Shown piece after piece: positions 47,392 through 51,780 of a stretch of DNA of 51,780 nucleotides. The notes under the pieces are model-generated. The model saw only the letters and a list, made by a program, of their open reading frames with translations. It ran no database searches and was not told where the DNA came from. Origin of the DNA: an uncultured Pseudomonadota bacterium (GTDB lineage Bacteria; Pseudomonadota; Alphaproteobacteria; RF32; CAG-239); the NCBI GenBank assembly GCA_949295475.1, contig CASFLC010000131.1, positions 1-51,780 on the forward strand. The letters run 5' to 3'. A program made the translations under genes and the position numbers. Position 1 is the first letter of the stretch. Every line of letters starts with the position of its first letter.

Positions 47392-48687
47392 TCAATGTTT
47401 TTCCCGGAAAAGCTCTTTGGCCTTATCCAGCAGGGTATCGTCGCGGGCAAGATTGTTAAACATATGGGTCGGCGCCATCGGAACCGGACCGCTTTTGGTC
47501 GGATTCGCCTCGCCCGAATGCGGTCTGAAGGCAATATGATTAAATGCAAACAGAACAAAAAAGCCGTTTACTGCCGAAAAGGCAAACAAAAAGCTCAGTT
47601 CGCCAAATTCCTGTATGGCCAGAGAAATAAACACCGGCCCCAAAATCATGCCGATACTCTGCAACAAAATCAGCAATCCGCTGGCCGCCACCCGCTGGCT
47701 GTCGTCTATCCGGTCATTGACATGCGACACGCAAATCGGATACATCACAAAAACGCCGCTGCCTAAAAGCAATGCGGAAGCCGCCAGGGAAACAAGGTTT
47801 TCGTCGACAAAGACGTGCATCCAGGGGGCAATCAAAAATAACAGGCCGGCTTCCCACATCAAGACAAAACGGCGGTCCATTTTGTCAGACAAACGCCCTA
47901 CCGGCAGCTGTGCCAGCATACCGCCGATGATGATAAAAAACATAAACAGGGAGGTTTGCTCGACATTCAGCCCGCTTTTTTGCGCATAAATTGTTCCCAG
48001 CGTATAAACGCTGCCGACCATCACGCCGCTGACAATGCAGCCGACGACGCCGACCGGCGCCAATTTGTAAACGGCAGCCAGAGACATGCCCTTGCTTATC
48101 GTAATATTCGGCGACGGAAGCGCCGTCAGCGAAATCGGAACCAAAGCCACGGAATACAATACCGACACCAAAATAAAAGCAATCACGCCGCCCTGGTCGG
48201 GAATATTCAGCAGCAGCTGGCCGCAGGCGGATCCCATATAGGTCGTAACCATATAAACGGACATTATCACACCGCGGTTTTGATTATTGGACCGCGTGTT
48301 CAGCCAACTCTCAAGACACATCATCGAAGAGCCGAGGCAATACCCCTCCAAAATCCGCAATACGCCCCAATACCATGGATTTGGCGATAAAATATGCATC
48401 AAGACCAGTGCAGACAAAACGGAAACGAAAGTTGAAAAAGCCCGGATATGACCGACCCGGTTGATGATGGCATGCGACGTCAGCGATGCCAGGATATAAC
48501 CGACATAATATACCGCCAGAATAATACCGGCGTAAAAGGTCGGAATCTGCGAGGCATTAAGCTGCAGGGCAAGCGTTGACGACAACAGGCCGTAAGCGCT
48601 GCAGGTGAGCAGCGTGCCGGCAAAAAAGGCGTTCAACGGCGAAACCAACGTCCGCAAAGATTTCAAGTAAGCTCCCACTCCGCTCAT
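47392..48687 (-). CDS. MFS transporter (YcaD-like)
   Basis: About 12 hydrophobic segments; RVGHIRAF, ESWLN, GRLSDKMDRR. Confidence 0.9.
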   Translation of the reverse strand: MSGVGAYLKSLRTLVSPLNAFFAGTLLTCSAYGLLSSTLALQLNASQIPTFYAGIILAVYYVGYILASLTSHAIINRVGHIRAFSTFVSVLSALVLMHILSPNPWYWGVLRILEGYCLGSSMMCLESWLNTRSNNQNRGVIMSVYMVTTYMGSACGQLLLNIPDQGGVIAFILVSVLYSVALVPISLTALPSPNITISKGMSLAAVYKLAPVGVVGCIVSGVMVGSVYTLGTIYAQKSGLNVEQTSLFMFFIIIGGMLAQLPVGRLSDKMDRRFVLMWEAGLLFLIAPWMHVFVDENLVSLAASALLLGSGVFVMYPICVSHVNDRIDDSQRVAASGLLILLQSIGMILGPVFISLAIQEFGELSFLFAFSAVNGFFVLFAFNHIAFRPHSGEANPTKSGPVPMAPTHMFNNLARDDTLLDKAKELFREKH

Positions 48688-48705
48688 CAGCCTTTGTCGC
48701 TCCCG

Positions 48706-49023
48706 CTATTTGACGCATTTAAAGTAAAAATGGTTGGGAACCAGCAGCCGGCAGGTAAACAACGTCTGACGCACCGGCTCGGCATGCGCCCCCGTCTTTT
48801 GGCGGACACATTCTTCATCCGCCAGCTTTTTGACTTCCTGATAATCGGTGTAAAGGCTGTTGTAACAAACCGCCGGATTCTCAGGGGTTGATTTTCCGCG
48901 ATACAGCGCGGCTTCCGTTTTGGCGCCGGCTTCTCGGCGGCGGTCGACAAACGGTCCGAACTGCGCGCAAGAGGCAACCAAAGACGCCAAAAGCAGGATG
49001 TTGACCAATTTTAGCCTAGACAA
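48706..49023 (-). CDS. Small putative lipoprotein
   Basis: LVASC lipobox; four further Cys. Confidence 0.7.
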   Translation of the reverse strand: MSRLKLVNILLLASLVASCAQFGPFVDRRREAGAKTEAALYRGKSTPENPAVCYNSLYTDYQEVKKLADEECVRQKTGAHAEPVRQTLFTCRLLVPNHFYFKCVK

Positions 49024-49101
49024 TTAAAAAAACTCCATTACATTATTGTAAATATCCGGGATACCGGGCTGTTTTCATAACTATAGTCAAAGAAGAAAAA
49101 A

Positions 49102-49704
49102 ATGCAAACGAATAAATATATCGGCGATGAAAAATTTGCCAAGTTATTAGAACATTATAAATGTCCGACTCCGCTTGAAGTCGTCAAGATGCGTTTTGGC
49201 GGCGCCATTTGCAGCCCAAACTTGGAACTGCGGCCGACGGACGTTATTTCTTCCTTCTGGCCGGCAGGGCAGTCTCCGCGTCTGGAAACCAAAGATGAGG
49301 CAGATCTTTTCTTCAAATTCTTTATGGGGTTGTGGGACGAAATGTTTGAAGCCGTCAAACGCAACAATATACATTTAGACCGAATCCGCTTTAAATCCGC
49401 CGAAGATTTGCGGCAGCTTTGCGAACGCCGGTATGCAGAACTGGAAATGGGATATATTGAGGGTTTTTGGGGCGGCCGCCAGGATTTGAAACTTCCCGCT
49501 TTTCTGGCGCAGACAATCGACTCTTTGTCCGAACTGGCCGGGGTTTATGCCTCTTTGGTTAAAAAGCTTGACAAAGGCGCCGATATGTCAGAAATTTCAA
49601 AAGTGCTGCGCAATACCGATGACATGGCCGACAAAACCATCGCCTTTATTATCGAAAACTCGGTTTTGCCGCGTATTGAAAGCCTGCGCCGCACCGTAAA
49701 TTAA
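49102..49704 (+). CDS. Conserved hypothetical protein (UPF0149/YecA-like)
   Basis: 200 aa helical protein; GAICSP, F...WD and GYIEGF segments. Confidence 0.55.
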   Translation: MQTNKYIGDEKFAKLLEHYKCPTPLEVVKMRFGGAICSPNLELRPTDVISSFWPAGQSPRLETKDEADLFFKFFMGLWDEMFEAVKRNNIHLDRIRFKSAEDLRQLCERRYAELEMGYIEGFWGGRQDLKLPAFLAQTIDSLSELAGVYASLVKKLDKGADMSEISKVLRNTDDMADKTIAFIIENSVLPRIESLRRTVN

Positions 49705-49721
49705 AATAAAGGAGATGTTTT

Positions 49722-50255
49722 ATGGAACTTATGGAAGGCCTGCTGACCAGACGCTCGGTCCGCAAATACCAGCCCCGCAAAATCGAGCGGGAAACGCTTG
49801 AAGAAATTATCAAAGCCGCCCAATATTCCCCTACCGCCCACAATAAACAGCCGTGGGAATTTCTGGTTATCGACGATCCCGAATTTTTAGCCAATCTGCG
49901 GCACATTCAACGCTGGACCTCTTTTGCCAAAGACGCCGCCTGCGTGGTCATTGTCTGCGGCGATGTGGAACGCTCTTTTAACCGCAACAAAGAAGATGAA
50001 AAGTGGAGTTTTATCGACGTTGACTGCGCCATTGCCACCCAGAGCCTGTTGCTGGCCGCCTGGGCCAAAGGCATCGGGAGCTGCTATTGCGGCGCCGCCC
50101 CGATGCAACGGGTTGTTGATGCTCTGCACGAAAAACTGAACCTGCCCGACAATATCCGGCCGTTTGCCATCGTGCCGCTCGGATATCCGGCCGAAACGCC
50201 CAAACAGCCCGATGATCGTTATCATCCCGAAAAAATCCACTGGGGCAGGTGGTAA
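49722..50255 (+). CDS. Nitroreductase family protein
   Basis: RRSVRKY, SPTAHNKQPWEF, GIGSC, PLGYP. Confidence 0.93.
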   Translation: MELMEGLLTRRSVRKYQPRKIERETLEEIIKAAQYSPTAHNKQPWEFLVIDDPEFLANLRHIQRWTSFAKDAACVVIVCGDVERSFNRNKEDEKWSFIDVDCAIATQSLLLAAWAKGIGSCYCGAAPMQRVVDALHEKLNLPDNIRPFAIVPLGYPAETPKQPDDRYHPEKIHWGRW

Positions 50256-50257
50256 AC

Positions 50258-50287
50258 AAAAAGCGAAGTTAAACAACTTCGCTTTTT
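50258..50287. terminator. Bidirectional terminator
   Basis: AAAAAGCGAAGTT/AACTTCGCTTTTT. Confidence 0.8.
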
Positions 50288-50298
50288 AATTTTAATCA

Positions 50299-50616
50299 TC
50301 AGAAAAACAGATATTGCTTTATCTCGTGTTTCTGTTCGATTTTAAGCACATAACGGCAACCGCTCACTTCTACCGAGATTTCAACACCGATTGATTTTCC
50401 CAAAAAGATTGTTCGTCTTTCTTTAGACATTTCCAATCTTGCCGAAAAAACGTGCATGTAAGGGTAAAACTTTGCGTCCGCAGCGACGGCCATGCAGGCG
50501 GCAAGCAAAAGACATTGTTCGACATCGGTTCCATCATCAAAGTTTTGCAGCCCATGAATAATGTCATGCAAATTTTTTCGATTGTAATTTTTGATAAATT
50601 TTATCAGATCTTTCAT
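50299..50616 (-). CDS. Hypothetical protein (105 aa)
   Basis: AT-rich ORF converging on the terminator; no recognised motif. Confidence 0.45.
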   Translation of the reverse strand: MKDLIKFIKNYNRKNLHDIIHGLQNFDDGTDVEQCLLLAACMAVAADAKFYPYMHVFSARLEMSKERRTIFLGKSIGVEISVEVSGCRYVLKIEQKHEIKQYLFF

Positions 50617-50755
50617 GCCAATAATATTTTAAAAATTTCTAAAAAATCAAAAGATGTTCTTTCTTATATATCCTTAAACGTCCGCTGTCAAACCATATAA
50701 CGCGGGGCGCCCTCTTTTGAGACGCATTCGCGAGTGTCCACAGATTGAAAAATAG

Positions 50756-51780
<1,025 letters not shown>

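Overview
A chromosomal segment of an alphaproteobacterium, judged from popZ-valS, flbD, holC and hflKC-degP synteny; a Rhodospirillales-like, possibly host- or gut-associated lineage is an inference. Most of the window is housekeeping (map, sfsA-like, alaS, mrp, hflKC, degP, holC, clpB, valS, popZ, tolC, glgP, accBC, gap) plus a flagellar cluster (fliK-flgD-flgE; fliF-G-H-N-flbD-flhA-flhF-flhG). The main feature is a complete, non-phage diversity-generating retroelement (DGR) between alaS and mrp. On the minus strand it reads: Cys-rich secreted gene, secreted CLec-type target with VR, hairpin, avd, TWO different template repeats in a 268-bp tandem duplication, DGR reverse transcriptase. By manual alignment the single 120-bp VR fits neither 117-bp TR end to end. 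Its 5' half matches TR-A and its 3' half matches TR-B, and all 20 mismatches fall at template adenines, so it looks like a two-template chimeric VR. Secondary finds: a stand-alone ADP-ribosyl-cyclase/NADase-like gene coupled to clpB, a C4/CI-type antisense-RNA architecture upstream of a small XRE gene, degenerate repeats flanking the DGR target cassette, a motif-degenerate SfsA and a candidate structured RNA. All calls come from reading the sequence; no database searches were run.
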